Part shown: in pieces, positions 61,799 through 64,000 of the stretch | How the letters are laid out: every line of letters starts with the position of its first letter | How positions within the stretch are numbered: the stretch's first letter is position 1 | Source: Terriglobia bacterium | GTDB taxonomy: Bacteria > Acidobacteriota > Terriglobia > JAJPHL01 > JAPKYU01 | Reading direction: 5' to 3' | NCBI GenBank assembly: GCA_965223005.1 | Contig: CBDCVK010000010.1 | Coordinates: 544,001-608,000 of the forward strand | Length of the DNA stretch: 64,000 nt | The notes under the pieces: model-generated | The model's database searches: none | The model's input: the letters and a program-made list of their open reading frames with translations, nothing else | Told to the model about the DNA's origin: nothing | Program-made: the position numbers and the translations under genes

Positions 61799-63096
61799 GC
61801 GAGCACCTCGACCAGTTGGTCAAGCTGCTCCCTGGTGTGGACCTCGGTCACGCACAGCAACAGCGCCTCGCCCAGTTCCGGGTAGAACGGCCTCAGGTCC
61901 AGGCCGCCCAGAATCTTCTTCTCACGCAGTGCCTGAAGCTTCCTGTCGGCTTCGCCTGGCCTCAGGGTCACTACGAACTCGTTAAAGAAAGGCCCGGAGA
62001 ACTGTAGCTTCAGGCCGGAGGCAGCGCAGTGCGCCTTGGCCAGGTTGTGGCGGGCCAGCTCTCGCAAGCCTTCCTTGCCGTAGACGGTCATAAAGATGGT
62101 AGCCGCCAGAGCGCACAGAGCCTGGTTGGTGCAGATGTTGGACGTGGCCTTCTCGCGGCGAATATGCTGCTCTCGGGTGGCCAGCGTCAGGCAGAAGCCG
62201 GGGCGGCCCTCGACGTCGGTGGTCTGCCCGACGAGGCGCCCGGGGAGGCTGCGCACGTACTTCTCCCGCGTGGCGATCACCCCGGCGTAGGGACCGCCGT
62301 AACTGGCTGGAATACCCAGGCCCTGAATCTCCATGGCGACGATGTCGGCAGCGGCCGGGGGCCGCAGCACGCCCAGCGAGACCGGTTCTGCGATTGCCAC
62401 CACGAGCAGCGCCCCGGCAGCGTGTGCGATTTCCGCCGCCCGCTCCACGTCCTCCACTACGCCGAAGAAGTTCGGGGACTGTACCACGACCGCCGCCAGA
62501 TCCTCCGGCACCGAGAACGGTGCGAGCGTGCCGTCCCGGCGGTCGTACTCCAGCTCCCGCACCTCAATCCCTTGATGGCGTATGTAGGTGGCCAGAACCT
62601 GCCGGTATTCCGGGTGGACAGAGCGCGCCACCAGCACCCTCGAGCGCCGGGTTATCCGCGCCGCCATCAGTACCGCCTCGGCCAGCGCGCTAGAGCCGTC
62701 GTACATCGAGGCGTTGGCCACCTCGGTCCCGGTCAACTGGCAGATCATGGTCTGGAACTCAAAGATGGATTGCAGCGTGCCTTGGGAGATCTCGGCCTGG
62801 TAGGGCGTGTAGGCGGTGTAAAACTCGCTGCGCGAGATCAGCGCATCCACCGCCACCGGCCGAAAATGCGGGTACACTCCCGCGCCGAGGAACGATACAT
62901 AACCACTCGCATTCTCACGTGCCCACTCGCGGAAATACCGCACGAGTTCGAATTCAGAGATGCCATCGGGAATGTTCAGCCCCCTCTGCAAACGGACCTC
63001 GGCGGGAATCGAGGCAAATAGCTCCTCCACGTGCTTCAGTCCCAGCGACTCCAGCATCTGCTGCCGTTCCGACTCCGACTTGGGCAGATAGCGCAT
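61795..63096 (-). CDS. gcvPA: Glycine dehydrogenase subunit 1
   Basis: [36 protein letters not shown]. Confidence 0.96.
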   Translation of the reverse strand: MRYLPKSESERQQMLESLGLKHVEELFASIPAEVRLQRGLNIPDGISEFELVRYFREWARENASGYVSFLGAGVYPHFRPVAVDALISRSEFYTAYTPYQAEISQGTLQSIFEFQTMICQLTGTEVANASMYDGSSALAEAVLMAARITRRSRVLVARSVHPEYRQVLATYIRHQGIEVRELEYDRRDGTLAPFSVPEDLAAVVVQSPNFFGVVEDVERAAEIAHAAGALLVVAIAEPVSLGVLRPPAAADIVAMEIQGLGIPASYGGPYAGVIATREKYVRSLPGRLVGQTTDVEGRPGFCLTLATREQHIRREKATSNICTNQALCALAATIFMTVYGKEGLRELARHNLAKAHCAASGLKLQFSGPFFNEFVVTLRPGEADRKLQALREKKILGGLDLRPFYPELGEALLLCVTEVHTREQLDQLVEVLA

Positions 63097-63102
63097 GTTC
63101 TT

Positions 63103-63165
63103 GAGTGAAGAGTGCCGATGAAGAGTGAACGGGCTTTGATTCCTTCACTCTTCCTTCACTCTTCA
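63103..63165. repeat. Inverted GAGTGAA/TTCACTC heptamer element (copy 2)
   Basis: tgaagagtgaa (63119) pairs with ttcactcttca (63155); shares a ggcttt core with the 27991 element. Confidence 0.6.
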
Positions 63166-63176
63166 GGCACCGAGCT

Positions 63177-63572
63177 TCACTGTTCTTCCTCCTCCGCGAT
63201 ATAGCCTTCGTACTGCTCGGCACTGAGCAGATCTGCCAGCTCAGTGGGGTTCGTCAGGCGGACCTTGACCAGCCAGGCCTCCCCATGCGGATCCTGGTTG
63301 AGCAGCTCAGGGCTGCCGGTCAGCTTTGCATTGGCGTCCAGGACCTCGCAACTGACCGGGGCAAAAATTTCCGAGACCGCCTTGACCGACTCTACCGTGC
63401 CCAGGGGCTGCCCGGCCTGGAAGCGGTCGCCGACGCGAGGCAACTCCAGGTATACGATATCGCCCAACTGCTTCTGGGCGTGGTCCGTGATGCCGACAGT
63501 GCCGGTCTCACCTTCCACTCGAATCCACTCGTGCTCGCGCGTGTAGCCGTAATTGGGGGGATAGACCGCCAT
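63177..63572 (-). CDS. gcvH: Glycine cleavage system H protein
   Basis: HEWIR, GITDHAQ..LGDIV, ESVKA (lipoyl Lys). Confidence 0.96.
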   Translation of the reverse strand: MAVYPPNYGYTREHEWIRVEGETGTVGITDHAQKQLGDIVYLELPRVGDRFQAGQPLGTVESVKAVSEIFAPVSCEVLDANAKLTGSPELLNQDPHGEAWLVKVRLTNPTELADLLSAEQYEGYIAEEEEQ

Positions 63573-64000
63573 TTATTTGCTGCCTTCCGGCTTCGCCTCG
63601 CGTTTGTTTGACCCCGGCTTCGCCGGCCGCTTCCTCTTGTAAAAGGGCGTCTCGACAATGCGCGCCGCGACGCGCTGGTTGCGGACCCCAATCCGGATTT
63701 CCCCTCCCACCTGCGCCAGCTCCGACGGCAGGTAGGCCAGCCCGATATTCGTTCGCAGGAAAGGGGCGGGCGAGCCGCTGGTGACGTAGCCGACCTCGGT
63801 ATTCTCCAAATACACCGGATAGCCGTCTCGGGCGATCCCGCGTTCGGTCATTTGGAAGCCGACCAGGCGGCGGCGCACCCCGTGCTGCTTCTGGCGCATC
63901 AGGGTCTCCCGGCCCAGGAACTCGCCCTTGTCCAACTTGCAGATCCAGCCGAGGTCGGCTTCCAGCGGCGTGTGGGTTTCGTCAATTTCATGCCCGTAAA
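63573..64000 (-). CDS. gcvT: Glycine cleavage system T protein (3' part; truncated by window edge)
   Basis: KGEFLGRE, LVGF, IARDGY, VTSG.PAP, IGLAY, PFY; upstream of gcvH. Confidence 0.92.
   Translation of the reverse strand, partial: YGHEIDETHTPLEADLGWICKLDKGEFLGRETLMRQKQHGVRRRLVGFQMTERGIARDGYPVYLENTEVGYVTSGSPAPFLRTNIGLAYLPSELAQVGGEIRIGVRNQRVAARIVETPFYKRKRPAKPGSNKREAKPEGSK

Overview
GC-rich bacterial chromosomal segment, most likely Acidobacteriota (acidobacterial-type VWA protein and typical acidobacterial hypothetical proteins; this is an inference). Mostly housekeeping: metK-ahcY-tldD-tldE, glgC-eno-gpmI, rpsU, mtaB, acpS, glcEF-purS-glmS, thiolase, a hybrid sufBCDSUT-rrf2-iscS-iscA operon, bamA-skp, pyk, an aminotransferase and gcvTHP. 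It also holds tRNA-Gln(TTG), a four-gene minor-pilin cluster and a FabF-like KS/methyltransferase/FAD-oxidoreductase trio. Top finding: the two ORFs at 57051-60014 (-) are one reading frame broken only by an in-frame UGA (58170-58172), followed at the canonical distance by an fdhF-like SECIS hairpin. This predicts a ~987-aa secreted selenoprotein (FG-GAP propeller + ASPIC/UnbV + CxxC thioredoxin), next to a redox-type HxlR/DinB/VOC cassette. Other oddities: a 128-bp frameshifting duplication in pilX, an (HDR)6 expansion in IscS, two unannotated very basic microproteins, paired Rrf2 operators, tRNA-linked repeats and REP-like elements. No CRISPR array, rRNA, intact transposase or prophage was seen.
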